The translations under genes and the position numbers were made by a program. Of a stretch of 64,000 bases of DNA, positions 44,680-55,209 are shown one piece after another; position 1 is the stretch's first letter, and every line of letters starts with the position of its first letter. Below the pieces are notes generated by a model. It saw nothing but the letters and a program-made list of their open reading frames with translations. It ran no database searches and was not told where the DNA came from. The DNA comes from an uncultured virus (IMG/VR IMGVR_UViG_3300042554_001444). Its lineage: Duplodnaviria; Heunggongvirae; Uroviricota; Caudoviricetes. The stretch lies in IMG/VR virus record IMGVR_UViG_3300042554_001444; one strand, 5' to 3'.

Positions 44680-46452
44680 TTAGGAATAGGTAAGCGAATG
44701 TTCAGACTCCATCGTGCGCCGCTTGGCAGACAGACGTGTCAGCCACTTTGGTGTCTGTCGCTTGACAATACCAACACCTTGACCGCCTGCAATCTCAAAA
44801 CCCGTTCTGCGTGCCATTTCGAGCGCCACCACGAACGAATCCCAGAGGTCAGGCGACCTACCCATGCGTTCCTTGGTCTTCTCCTTGGGTTCAACGTCGA
44901 TCAACCCGGTGCGGGCGATACCCCACTCACGCATCGAACCTTCCTCGGCGACTTCGCGAGGCAGTTTCCGTAGCTGCTTGGATTCGATCAGCAGGCGCGA
45001 TGAATACCAAAGCGCGGTTACCATCTTGCCGTATGCCTCTCGTTCAGTTTTCGGATCACCCTTTCGTACTGGGCGCTCGCTTGGTCGGCCGCCGAACTCG
45101 ATGGGCACTACCTCAGGAGACCACAATCGGGCGAACGCAGACATGAGCGTGCCGCGCCCCGTGGAGTCAAACCCAACGCGTTCCGGTGAGATATTGCGCT
45201 GCTTGCAGTACAGCAGGACGTACTCGGCAATCTGCTCCTCGGCCTGCTGTGCTTTGACTGCGGTGACCGGGATAACGATCGGCGCCTCGCTGAATGCTAG
45301 CACGATGCGCCCAGATGAATCCGGCCCAAACGTGAGGTCTGTCATTACGCAGCGGTCGCCGCCGACACCTGAATACGCAGCGTCGATGCCGATGATTCTG
45401 GTGAGCTTGTCGGCACGTTCCCACACGGGGTCGTCAAACGCTTGGTTCTGCTCGCACAGGGACATTGTAACTACGCGCCTGGTGCCGCCGTCCCGAGGCA
45501 GCACGCCAAGGTTCATCATCGAGAACTGCAACGAGTCCCGGCCGTAGTAATCGAGATCCGCCTGAATCTGTTCCGGCGTGATGATTCCCTTGTACGGGTT
45601 GGTGCCCTTGGGAAACAACGCGTTGGGCGTGTCGTACCCGCACAACTGGACAGCCACGCCACCGGGCGCCCGCGTTCTCCAGGTGCGAGTCTTTTCGAGG
45701 TACTCAAGCCCCTCCCAGCCGCCGATTGATGGATGCGGCTCGCAGACCACACCCAACGCGTCGTTTCGGTCCTTGGGGTTGCCCATCGCGATCAGCTTGA
45801 ATACTGGGTTTTTGCGGAGGTTGGCGACGGAGTCCAGAAAGCCGCGCCCCATAAGGGATGCCTCGTCTGCGATCAACATGACCCGGTCGTTCTTGAGGCC
45901 GACGTAGTTCGAGAGGCCGACAAACGTGCCGCCTATTTTGCACGCAACGCCGATGATACCATCACGGAAATCCTTCGCCTCATCATCTTCATCTGAACTG
46001 GTCAGGATGAACCGGCTTTCGATCACGCGTCCAGGGAGCCACTCCCGCTTCTTCTTGGCCTTGTTGTGAAGCTCCTTGATCGAGCCCCAGATGCGCAGCT
46101 GAAGACCCTCACGTGTCGTTGACGACATGATGATCGAGGTGCCGGTGGGGTAGATGTAGAACGTGCAGAGCCCGAACGCTGCTGAATTGTAGGTCTTTCC
46201 AGATGATCCGGGCCCCATGACGCCGATCTCTTTGTTTTCAGCGAATGTCTGAATCAGGAGATCAGACCAGTTGTGCCAGTCGAAGTGCGGCCAGAGCGCG
46301 GTCATGGCCTGCCGGAAGTGGTAGTATTTGCCGCGCCCGTACCTCACTCCGGCGTGCATAATGTATCCGTCTTTACGCACCATCTCAGCCTCGATCAGAA
46401 AACGGTCTTTTGTACGCCACGGTATAGACAAGTAATCGGGGCTTTCATTCAT
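44680..46452 (-). CDS. terL: Terminase large subunit (phage B)
   Basis: GPGSSGKT, LIADEA, MGNP, GIDAA..GGD, DSTGRG, K..K.R.GRSPD.D motifs. Confidence 0.92.
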   Translation of the reverse strand: MNESPDYLSIPWRTKDRFLIEAEMVRKDGYIMHAGVRYGRGKYYHFRQAMTALWPHFDWHNWSDLLIQTFAENKEIGVMGPGSSGKTYNSAAFGLCTFYIYPTGTSIIMSSTTREGLQLRIWGSIKELHNKAKKKREWLPGRVIESRFILTSSDEDDEAKDFRDGIIGVACKIGGTFVGLSNYVGLKNDRVMLIADEASLMGRGFLDSVANLRKNPVFKLIAMGNPKDRNDALGVVCEPHPSIGGWEGLEYLEKTRTWRTRAPGGVAVQLCGYDTPNALFPKGTNPYKGIITPEQIQADLDYYGRDSLQFSMMNLGVLPRDGGTRRVVTMSLCEQNQAFDDPVWERADKLTRIIGIDAAYSGVGGDRCVMTDLTFGPDSSGRIVLAFSEAPIVIPVTAVKAQQAEEQIAEYVLLYCKQRNISPERVGFDSTGRGTLMSAFARLWSPEVVPIEFGGRPSERPVRKGDPKTEREAYGKMVTALWYSSRLLIESKQLRKLPREVAEEGSMREWGIARTGLIDVEPKEKTKERMGRSPDLWDSFVVALEMARRTGFEIAGGQGVGIVKRQTPKWLTRLSAKRRTMESEHSLTYS

Positions 46453-46495
46453 CTTGCGGGAATGATGGGTTGGCCTTTCAATGGCTTCAAGCGTC

Positions 46496-48535
46496 ATGGT
46501 AGCAGAAAAAAATCGCATCGTTGATGGCCTCCTTACCGCTGAAGGTGGGGTGGACAGCGGTTTTTCGCCCTCACTGATTCAGCCCAACCAGCTGGCCTGG
46601 GCGGTCAACACGACGGTGCGGGGAGGATTCCCGAAAGCGCGGCCGGGAATCTGGGTGAAGAATCTCACGTTCGATGATCCGACCGTGGTCTACAACAATG
46701 GGTACTACAACGCGGCGGTAAAAAAGGCGTTTGAAAAAGGCCAGTTTCAAGGATGCGGCACCTACATTGCAGACAACACGGATCCGTTTTTGTTTGCGTC
46801 CGTTGGCGGCAAGGTGTTCCAGATCGACATTAAGAACGGGTTCAAGGTCACCGACCTCACGCCGATAAATTTTACCTTCCAGGTTCAGACTCGCGGCCGG
46901 GTTTCCAACGTCGCGACATACGTTTGCGGCGTTCCGCACGGCCTGTCCCCAGGTATGGTGGTTCGACTTACTGAACCTCCAGGTGCGTTCTTTCCTGATG
47001 GATTTTTCGGAGACTTCATTGTTGAGACTGTCCCGAGCGCCACGACGTTCACGACGTACTCACCTGGCGTTGACGCAGGCCCGCTGCTTGGTCCGGCATT
47101 CAACTGCTACCAGATGGCGACCAACGATCCGCAAGGGTCGCACGTCTACTTTCAGCAGGCGGAAAACTGGCTTGTGATTCAGGATGGCCAGAATCAGCCG
47201 TACCTTTACAACGGCTCGACGCTCCGGCGCGCAACTGGCGAAGAAGTCCCTGTTGGCGGCCCGATGGCCTACGGCAAGGGGCGCCTCTGGGTTGCCAATG
47301 GATCGGAATACTACGGCGGCGATTTGGTCTACGGCGACCCGTCCTATGGGCGCGACTCGGTTATTCGCTTCACCGAAAACACGTTCCTCAATGAAGGCGG
47401 TGCCTTCGCTGTTTCAAACGGCCCAATCACCGGTCTGGCGTTTGCCGCCAACCTGGACACGTCGCTGGGAGACGGCGACCTGCTGGTATTCACTCCTACC
47501 GCAACCTACGCGTTCAACGCCCCGGTTGATCGGGATGTCTGGAAGGATCTCGATTATCCGATCCAGCGGTTCGCTCTGCTGAACTTCGGATCGTTCAACC
47601 ATGAGTCCATCGTTGCGGTCAACGGCGACCTGATTTTCCGGGCGCAGGATGGCATCCGGTCGTTGATCTACGCTCGCCGCGACTTCACCGAGTTCGGCAA
47701 CACACCGATCAGCCGGCAGGTTGTGCGGGCGCTGGCTTACGACACTGATTTTTACCTGACCGCTGCCAGCGCGGTGAATTTCGACAACCGGATGCTGATG
47801 ACCATCCAGCCGCGCAAGATCAACAACCGGGGTATCGTTCATGGCGGTCTTGTCGTGCTGGATTTCGATCTCGTTTCGGGCATGGGGCGGAAGCTGCCGC
47901 CGGCGTGGGAAGGCGTCTGGACTGGCGTAGACGTGTTCCAGATGCTGACTGTTCGAGTGAAGCGCACAGAGCGGTGCTTTGCCTTCGGACTGAATCAGGA
48001 CTACATCGGCCTCTACGAGGTCACCAAAAACGGCCAGTTCGACTTCGACGGGTTCGATGATGCTCCGATCGACTGGACGATCGAGACACGCTCGCTGACT
48101 TTCGCCGAGCCCACCAACAAGAAACGCTTGGTTAGTGCTGAGCAATGGTATGACCAAGTGATGGGCGACATCGAATCCAAGGTCTACTTCAAGGCCAACG
48201 AAGGAGAATGCTGGCAGCCTTGGGCCGAGTTCAAAGACTGCGCCAAGTACCGCAACTGCGAGCCCGGCGAGATTTCGTGTCCCCCAGCGGTGATCAACTG
48301 CCAGGAGGTCAAATACTACCAGCCGCCTACGCGCTCGCGCATTGCCCTGCCGCAACCCCCGGACAAGTGCGACGTGCAGACTGGCGGATTCACCCGAGAT
48401 GGTTATGAGTTCCAACTCCGCTACGTCAACACGGGCCGGTTCCGCCTTAAACGTGTGGCAATGGTTGCGCAACGTCTTCAGGAGGATCTCTACGGGGACC
48501 TCAGTCGCGTCGCCTGCCCGCTCCTCTCCACCTAA
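46496..48535 (+). CDS. Tail tubular/nozzle-like beta-propeller protein
   Basis: ~680 aa; NTTVRGG.PKARPG, GRLWVA, FRAQDGIRS; position in podovirus tail module. Confidence 0.7.
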   Translation: MVAEKNRIVDGLLTAEGGVDSGFSPSLIQPNQLAWAVNTTVRGGFPKARPGIWVKNLTFDDPTVVYNNGYYNAAVKKAFEKGQFQGCGTYIADNTDPFLFASVGGKVFQIDIKNGFKVTDLTPINFTFQVQTRGRVSNVATYVCGVPHGLSPGMVVRLTEPPGAFFPDGFFGDFIVETVPSATTFTTYSPGVDAGPLLGPAFNCYQMATNDPQGSHVYFQQAENWLVIQDGQNQPYLYNGSTLRRATGEEVPVGGPMAYGKGRLWVANGSEYYGGDLVYGDPSYGRDSVIRFTENTFLNEGGAFAVSNGPITGLAFAANLDTSLGDGDLLVFTPTATYAFNAPVDRDVWKDLDYPIQRFALLNFGSFNHESIVAVNGDLIFRAQDGIRSLIYARRDFTEFGNTPISRQVVRALAYDTDFYLTAASAVNFDNRMLMTIQPRKINNRGIVHGGLVVLDFDLVSGMGRKLPPAWEGVWTGVDVFQMLTVRVKRTERCFAFGLNQDYIGLYEVTKNGQFDFDGFDDAPIDWTIETRSLTFAEPTNKKRLVSAEQWYDQVMGDIESKVYFKANEGECWQPWAEFKDCAKYRNCEPGEISCPPAVINCQEVKYYQPPTRSRIALPQPPDKCDVQTGGFTRDGYEFQLRYVNTGRFRLKRVAMVAQRLQEDLYGDLSRVACPLLST

Positions 48536-48536
48536 A

Positions 48537-51500
48537 ATGCCATCCTCAAACCCAGTCGATTACGGTGCTGACCCCTGCGGGCGGCGAAACAGCGCGTGGG
48601 CAATCAACGAGTGCCTAATCGCTTCCGGGCGTTGCGATTTTCCAGAGGGTACGTTTCTGCTGGGATCGAGTCCGGGGGTGAAGATTATCGACCGTGTCCG
48701 CACCGGAGGTGTCGCGACGTTCAACACGGCGACGCCGCACGGGCTGGTTGTTGGCGAGAAGATCACGCTCTACGGATTCACTGATCCTACTTTTAACGGC
48801 ACAGGTCCAGGGCAGTTCGGATTCCAAGTTTTAAGCACGCCGACGCCGACGCGTTTCACAGCGTCGATGCCGCTGCCGACCTATCCAGACGCTCCGTTAG
48901 TGGTTCAAGACGGCTGGATCAACCTGATCGGCGGCGGCTACACCTCGTCCATTGTCATGGGGTATGCCCCGGTTATCAACAACGTCGCATTCACGGGCAA
49001 AGGAGCCGGAAAAACGATTGTCAAATTCGCTGACAACACCTCGGCGAAAAGAGGAGACACTTTCGGCTTCAACATCCAGATGCTGAAGACCCTTGGAAAC
49101 TACCCGGGTTTTGGTGTCGTGGGCGCTCCCGGGGCTTATCCAGGCGTGCCATTGTTCAGCGTCAACTGCAAGAACACCTTGATCGAGTGGATAACCTTCG
49201 ACGGCAACTACGCGAAAAACTCGGTTGCGGACATCAAGATCGTCTCAGTGCAGCGCACCAACGGTGTCAACACGTACACCGTGGACAAGCCGCTGTATGA
49301 TCCCGGAATACCTGGCACCCAGTTCTATTCCGTTCCCCCTCCGGCGTACATCCCGCCGATTTCGCCTGCGCCGTACACAAATATCAGCGCAGCCAACCAG
49401 TACATCGCGAACGTGGTGACATCCGGTCCCGGAAATGACTTGTCATTCGTTGGGTTTGGATTCATCACGAACGTGACTCAGTTTTCATTCGAGCGAGACC
49501 TTCGCGTGGTGCTAACACAAGGCCGGATCAATCAATTTGGATTCGCAATCTACACCAAGCATCCGCAATGGAATTTTGGATTCACGATTGGTGATACGAT
49601 CACGGTGACCGGATACTCCAATGCCGCGTTGAACGGCACGTTCGTCGTTGCTGGAGTCCTTTCTGCACAGGAGGTCTTCTGCGTGAACGCCGGCACCGCC
49701 ACGGTGTTTTCAATGATCGGTTACGAGCGGCTTACCAACGTCGCCACCTATGACACTGCACTTGCTCACCCGTTCATTTTTGGAGACACGGTGGTCATTT
49801 CAGGGTTCGCTGACCCAACGCTAAACGGAACGTTTGTCGTCACTGGAGTGCCGTCTCCGGCGCAATTTACCTGCGCGAATGCTGGTCCAAACACAGGGGT
49901 TATGGCAGATTCTGGATCGGCCTACGAGGTAATCAACGAGAACGCCCGCGCATGGGCCGCGCCAAACGTGCCGTTGACGGTGCAAACCAAAGCAGGCGTC
50001 AACTCTCTCTACACGGTCGCCGGAATCAATCATGGCGGAGAGAAGGCTCTCTTCCAGAAAAACCAGTTCTACGACTTCGGCGTCGGTGTGGCGGACGCAG
50101 AGACGTTTATTGCGAAATCGTTCCTGCCCATGAACGTCGATGACCTCACGGCCGGCGCCAAGGTGTTGAGCAACGACTTTGGTTACCAGGGGCGCAACTC
50201 GATCCAAAGCACGCTGTATCCGGGCAATGCAGAGGCAAACACCCAGTGCGCGATCGGTGGCTATTCGAGCTTGGTGAACCCGATCAACGTGGTGTCAAGG
50301 TCGGCTGGCGTGGCGACGTACACTTGTGTGATGAAACACACACTGCGGGTTGGGGATGTGGTTCCGGTGACGATAGGAAACTACGTTTTTGGAATCATCT
50401 CCGCTCAACGGCAATTGAACGTCGTGACGTTCACCACATCGCAGAAGCATTTTCTCGCACCTGGCAGTAGCGTTACCGTCGATGTCAGCAACAACTCGTT
50501 CGACGGATCTTTTTCTGTCGTAAGCGTTGTCAGCGACTTCGCGTTTACGGTCGCACAGGTAGGCGTTGACGTTTTCCCAGCAATCGTGGTCACTGGATTC
50601 GGGAACGTAAATCTTGGGTTCTCTGGATCGTTGACCATCACATCGACCCCCGACGCCTTCCGGTTCACAGCTGCCGCAGCTGGCCCGAACGTACTTCCCG
50701 GCCTCTACCTCGACGGCCAAGTCATCATGCTTCGCAGCCGGCGGATCTTCGCCTCGGAATGCCTGTTTGAAGGCAACAAGGTTCGCGGCGGCCCAGATCC
50801 CGTCAATCAACAGAGCCCCGTGATTGCCGTTACGGTGCGCGAGACCAGTGGAGCTATGATCCGGAAGAACAACTTTGACGGCTTCCGCGGGACCTGCTTC
50901 TACGTTGATTCCTACCAGCACAAAGGAACCAAAATCCAAAACAACTCGGCCCTCGGGGTCTCGGCGTTCATCGCGCTGACCGTGCAGGACTGGTACGCGC
51001 TGATTCAAACCGTCACGCCCCCAGTTGCGAATCCCGAGACCTACTCGACGCTGATTGCGGCCCACAAGGACATGCTGATCGAGAACAACGACATTCTCCT
51101 GACCGGCCCTAATTCTTGGTTCTACCAGACCGCGTTTGCGCCATTGGATGCAGTCTTTTTGATCTACAACCACGACGTGGACAAATCGAGGTATTACTAC
51201 CCAACCGACTACCAGATTCCGATTACGTCCGCATCCCGCGCCGCCAACATCTCGACGTTCACGACTGCTTCCGATCACGAACTCCAGGTGGGAATGGAAA
51301 TCTCTACGATTGGAGTGACTGACGGCACCTTTAATGGCGTCTTTACGGTTGCCAGCACCCCTTCATCCACGACTTTCACCGTCGCAAATCCCGGTTCAGC
51401 CGTATCGACGGCTGGTGGATTTCTTGGAATCAACGACCCGGTGAAGTTCCCGTGGGAGATCCGCCCGATTGGATACCAGCGCACTGCCGGCGTTGCCACG

Positions 51501-51908
51501 TACACGACCAACAAGGCGCACCAACTTACGCTTGGCGCTTACGCGACCATCGAAGGGTTTAGCAACACCTCGTTCAACGATGAGGTAATCGTGACCGGCA
51601 CGCCAACGCTCTACACCTTCACCTGCGCCAGCCCAGGACCCGATGTGCCGTTCACGTCCGAGACTGGAAATTTCTTCCGGTACATCGAAAACATCCAGAT
51701 TGGCTGCAACCAAGTGCTGCGCCTGAGCGGAAACGAACTGGTCATCAACAACGGCGGCCGATTCGGTGTATCGTTCCTCCAGGGGCGCCCAGTGCGTTGC
51801 GTTGCCCCGCTGGATCAGTTCTTCTATTTCGATTGTCCCGAGGGCTGTTTGGCGCTTGAATGCGACCCAGGCCCGTGTAAGCCCAACGACTACCTTTACC
51901 GCATCTAA
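48537..51908 (+). CDS. Tail spike, pectin-lyase-like beta-helix with multiple inserted beta modules
   Basis: DYGADP.G...S.WAIN, FPEGTF, FTGKG.GKT, ITFDGN; 7-8 RxxxVAT.T..H.L..G modules. Confidence 0.8.
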   Translation: MPSSNPVDYGADPCGRRNSAWAINECLIASGRCDFPEGTFLLGSSPGVKIIDRVRTGGVATFNTATPHGLVVGEKITLYGFTDPTFNGTGPGQFGFQVLSTPTPTRFTASMPLPTYPDAPLVVQDGWINLIGGGYTSSIVMGYAPVINNVAFTGKGAGKTIVKFADNTSAKRGDTFGFNIQMLKTLGNYPGFGVVGAPGAYPGVPLFSVNCKNTLIEWITFDGNYAKNSVADIKIVSVQRTNGVNTYTVDKPLYDPGIPGTQFYSVPPPAYIPPISPAPYTNISAANQYIANVVTSGPGNDLSFVGFGFITNVTQFSFERDLRVVLTQGRINQFGFAIYTKHPQWNFGFTIGDTITVTGYSNAALNGTFVVAGVLSAQEVFCVNAGTATVFSMIGYERLTNVATYDTALAHPFIFGDTVVISGFADPTLNGTFVVTGVPSPAQFTCANAGPNTGVMADSGSAYEVINENARAWAAPNVPLTVQTKAGVNSLYTVAGINHGGEKALFQKNQFYDFGVGVADAETFIAKSFLPMNVDDLTAGAKVLSNDFGYQGRNSIQSTLYPGNAEANTQCAIGGYSSLVNPINVVSRSAGVATYTCVMKHTLRVGDVVPVTIGNYVFGIISAQRQLNVVTFTTSQKHFLAPGSSVTVDVSNNSFDGSFSVVSVVSDFAFTVAQVGVDVFPAIVVTGFGNVNLGFSGSLTITSTPDAFRFTAAAAGPNVLPGLYLDGQVIMLRSRRIFASECLFEGNKVRGGPDPVNQQSPVIAVTVRETSGAMIRKNNFDGFRGTCFYVDSYQHKGTKIQNNSALGVSAFIALTVQDWYALIQTVTPPVANPETYSTLIAAHKDMLIENNDILLTGPNSWFYQTAFAPLDAVFLIYNHDVDKSRYYYPTDYQIPITSASRAANISTFTTASDHELQVGMEISTIGVTDGTFNGVFTVASTPSSTTFTVANPGSAVSTAGGFLGINDPVKFPWEIRPIGYQRTAGVATYTTNKAHQLTLGAYATIEGFSNTSFNDEVIVTGTPTLYTFTCASPGPDVPFTSETGNFFRYIENIQIGCNQVLRLSGNELVINNGGRFGVSFLQGRPVRCVAPLDQFFYFDCPEGCLALECDPGPCKPNDYLYRI

Positions 51909-51910
51909 CC

Positions 51911-52897
51911 ATGCCTGAGATCAACCTTACCGCCGGCGTGCTGCCGCCACCCGCCTGTTTCGCATCTGAGCAGGATCGTTTGGACGCCTACGCGGCCGCG
52001 CTGATTGCTCAGTTCGCAACCTCGCCGGAGTGGGTGGCAAGCGCGATCGCTCCGGTTGCTCCGAATCTCGGACTCTACTGGTTGCGCCTGGACGCTGGTG
52101 GAAATCCTGTCGAAATCCTGAAGTACAACACTACGGCTCCGGCCGGATGGGCGCGGGTCACAACCCAGCTGACCTACGGTGTTGGCGGAGGTGTTCCAGA
52201 TGCCTACACGGTTACCTTGGCGCCGGCGTCTCCGGGGGTGAACCAAGCGTATCGCACCGGTGCAACCTACGCTTTCGGGGCGTCGAACGCGAATACTGGC
52301 CCCAGCACGCTTTCGGTTGACGGGTTCGCAACCAAAGCGATCACCAAGTATGGCACTACGGCGCTGGTCGCAAATGACATCAGGCTTGGCCAGATGTGTG
52401 TCGTGGTCTACGACGGCACGCGTTTCCAGCTGCTAAACCCCGGTCAGAATATCGGGCCGGCAAACATCGCACCTGGAACCGACCGTCAATTTTTGAGGAC
52501 CAACTCGGCACCGGCATCGGTGTGGGAGTCGGGGTACATTACGCCGGTGGCAAACTATCAGGCGATTCCGGCGGCGGGTGCTTCAGTCACGTTCTCGCAT
52601 GGTTTTACGGTGGACCCATTGTCTTGGGACATTGGAATCATTTGCACGGATGCAACCGGTGATGCCGGATACACCGGAATCAATCCGGCTGGCGGAGATT
52701 ACATCCCAGTTGGAAGCATCCTTCGGACAAACCTTTCTGAAAGCGATATTCGGGTCACCGGATTTTCAAACGCTACCACTATTGGCCTTGTTCGCGGTAG
52801 CGCCGTTTCAGGTATTGCTGTGAACCACAAAACCACCGGTGTCCTAACAGCCATCGACGAAGCCAAGTGGCGAGTCATGGCTCGCGCCATCCGCTAA
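51911..52897 (+). CDS. Tail fibre-like protein
   Basis: ANTGPSTLSVDG...NDI..G....VVYDGTRFQLLN. Confidence 0.75.
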   Translation: MPEINLTAGVLPPPACFASEQDRLDAYAAALIAQFATSPEWVASAIAPVAPNLGLYWLRLDAGGNPVEILKYNTTAPAGWARVTTQLTYGVGGGVPDAYTVTLAPASPGVNQAYRTGATYAFGASNANTGPSTLSVDGFATKAITKYGTTALVANDIRLGQMCVVVYDGTRFQLLNPGQNIGPANIAPGTDRQFLRTNSAPASVWESGYITPVANYQAIPAAGASVTFSHGFTVDPLSWDIGIICTDATGDAGYTGINPAGGDYIPVGSILRTNLSESDIRVTGFSNATTIGLVRGSAVSGIAVNHKTTGVLTAIDEAKWRVMARAIR

Positions 52898-52898
52898 C

Positions 52899-53987
52899 AT
52901 GAGAAAAACCCTCGCCCAAGCCAAGAACTCCACGATCCCGCAGGCTGTCGGTCTCGCCACCTGCGACGATCGTTTTCTCCAGCTGCTGAACGAGGCTCAG
53001 GCGCGCTTGGCCGACATGGGCAAGTGGTGGGGCACGTACAAGAAGCTCCGCGTCTGCGTCACTGCCGGCTGCATCACCTGGCCTCGCGAGGTCAAGACGA
53101 TCGAGGCGATGAACGTCTGCGGGTACAACATCCCGATCCAGAACCAGTGGTACGAGTTCCAGACCGACGAGCGGGCGCCGCGCACCGGTTGCGGCCGTGA
53201 AGGCTGCGAGCAGGACCAGCTACTGGATCGCGGTATGGTCACCCAGTTCCGGGACTCGGTTGGAAACTGCTACATCCGCGTCCAACCCCAGCTGACAGCC
53301 GATGCCGGCAAGCGCGTGCTTCTTCAGGGACTAGACCCCAACGGTAACCCGATCCGCACGCTGGACACGGTGACCGGCGAGTACGTCTGGGGCGAGTACG
53401 TGACGCTGCCCAACCCGGCGGTGACCGCCTACGTCCAGACGGTCAACCTGTTCAAGCAACCCGGTCTCACCGGTGCCCAGAAGCCGCTGACTCAAGGCAG
53501 CCTGACGATTCTGGCGTACAACCAAACGACTACCTTGCAAACCCAGATTGCAGTCTGGGGTCCGAGCGAGCAGAACCCCGAGTACCGCCGCACCTACCTT
53601 ATCGGCATGCCCGAGGTCTGTGGCGGCACCTCCGGGTGCAACGCGGAAGCGCAGAACGACTGCATCGACCACGGCGACGGATGCGTGCCAGCAGATGAGA
53701 ACTGCACCAACACCGTCGTCGAAGCGATCGTGCGACTGGACTTTATCCCGGCAGTCGTGGACTCGGATTGGCTGTTCATCGGAAACCTCCAGGCGATCAA
53801 GCACATGATGAAGGCCATCCAGAAGGAGGACCGGAATCAGTACACCGAGGCCGAGCGCGAGATCCAGCTGGCCCTGCGGAGCCTTCGGAACGAGCTTGAA
53901 ACCTACAGCCCCAACGAGCGCACGGTTGTCAACGTGCAGGTCTGGGGTTCCGCCAAGATCCAGTATCGGTTAGGAGGATTCATTTGA
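52899..53987 (+). CDS. Tail tubular A/adaptor-like protein, Cys-rich
   Basis: LLNEAQARL...KWWG; position. Confidence 0.6.
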   Translation: MRKTLAQAKNSTIPQAVGLATCDDRFLQLLNEAQARLADMGKWWGTYKKLRVCVTAGCITWPREVKTIEAMNVCGYNIPIQNQWYEFQTDERAPRTGCGREGCEQDQLLDRGMVTQFRDSVGNCYIRVQPQLTADAGKRVLLQGLDPNGNPIRTLDTVTGEYVWGEYVTLPNPAVTAYVQTVNLFKQPGLTGAQKPLTQGSLTILAYNQTTTLQTQIAVWGPSEQNPEYRRTYLIGMPEVCGGTSGCNAEAQNDCIDHGDGCVPADENCTNTVVEAIVRLDFIPAVVDSDWLFIGNLQAIKHMMKAIQKEDRNQYTEAEREIQLALRSLRNELETYSPNERTVVNVQVWGSAKIQYRLGGFI

Positions 53988-54436
53988 TGGAGATTGAGAA
54001 GCCCATCACCTGGTTGGAGTTCTTGACCGACGGCGACACCTCGCTTGATGAGCGCCTTGATCGGTGGGAGGCTTTCGTGGCTGACAAGCCGCAGATTGAG
54101 TGCCCGCTTAAACACACCTATCCCGAGGGCCTGTATGTGCGGGAAATCTTTGCGCCAGCTGGGTCAATCATCACCAGCCGGATCCACAAGTTCGATCACC
54201 CGTTTTTCCTGCTTCAAGGAAAGCTCACGGTAATCAGTGAAACCGAGGGGTTGGTGACATACACTGCGCCGGCCCACGGGATCACCCTGCCGCAGACGCG
54301 ACGGGCAATTTTGATACATGAGGACACCGTGTGGATCACGGTCCATCCGAATCCTCAGAACAAAAAAGATCACGAAGAGATCAAAAACGACCTCACTTAC
54401 ATGAGGGACAACAAATACTTACTATGTCTTGGGTAG
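53987..54436 (+). CDS. Cupin-like protein
   Basis: GLYVREIFAPAG....RIHK..H, W.TVH. Confidence 0.75.
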   Translation: MEIEKPITWLEFLTDGDTSLDERLDRWEAFVADKPQIECPLKHTYPEGLYVREIFAPAGSIITSRIHKFDHPFFLLQGKLTVISETEGLVTYTAPAHGITLPQTRRAILIHEDTVWITVHPNPQNKKDHEEIKNDLTYMRDNKYLLCLG

Positions 54437-55206
54437 GAACAGCAATAGGAGTTGGGCTCGTCGGATCAGCGGCGAGCGCAGCGGTTAGCGGCAATCAAGC
54501 CAGCAAAGATCGCGCAGGCGCACGCGGCGCGGCAAACCTGCCTGGCCTCGATATTCCTTCCGCCGTCGGCGAGGCAGAGCAGCTTGCCCCGCGTACACGT
54601 GAGCTTGAAGCGCAACGCAATCAGTTTGCCCGCGCCCAGCTTCTGGAGTCCCTCGGCATCCAGATTCCCGGTTATCAGGAAGGGCAGTCCCAACGCACTC
54701 AGAATGCGCTGGCGCTCCTTCGCGGAGAACTACCACCGGATGTCGCGGCGCAGGTTCAGCGGCAGGCGGCCGGGCGTGCGGTCTCCGGAGGGTTTGCCGG
54801 CAGTCAGGCCGCCGGCAACCTGACAGCACGCGATCTTGGTCGCACGTCGTTGGCTTTGCGGCAGGCGGGCGGGCAGCAGTTTGCGAATATCCTTGGCACG
54901 ACCCCGCTGGCGCCGCTGGCGAATTTTGAGTTTACACCGCAGATGCTCGCCAGCATTCGTGCTGACGAACGGGCCAAGAAACAAGCCGCTTTGCTTGGCA
55001 CATACAATATGCCGAGCGCGGGTGGAGTCGCCGGCCTAGGCCTTAGCTCGCTTGGATCCGGGTTGACCAACCTTGGGTTTAGTGCGCTGGGGTCTGGTGG
55101 ATTTGGGGGCAGAACCGGTGGCAGTGCTGCCGCTGGAAACAACTGGGCTGGACCAGGAGTTGGAACCGGATCTGGTATTGAACTTGGAATTCTTGACGCA
55201 GGCTAA
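54424..55206 (+). CDS. Internal virion/DNA ejection protein
   Basis: MSWVGTAIG Gly/Ala-rich N- and C-termini; GFAGS motif. Confidence 0.7.
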   Translation: MSWVGTAIGVGLVGSAASAAVSGNQASKDRAGARGAANLPGLDIPSAVGEAEQLAPRTRELEAQRNQFARAQLLESLGIQIPGYQEGQSQRTQNALALLRGELPPDVAAQVQRQAAGRAVSGGFAGSQAAGNLTARDLGRTSLALRQAGGQQFANILGTTPLAPLANFEFTPQMLASIRADERAKKQAALLGTYNMPSAGGVAGLGLSSLGSGLTNLGFSALGSGGFGGRTGGSAAAGNNWAGPGVGTGSGIELGILDAG

Positions 55207-55209
55207 CCT

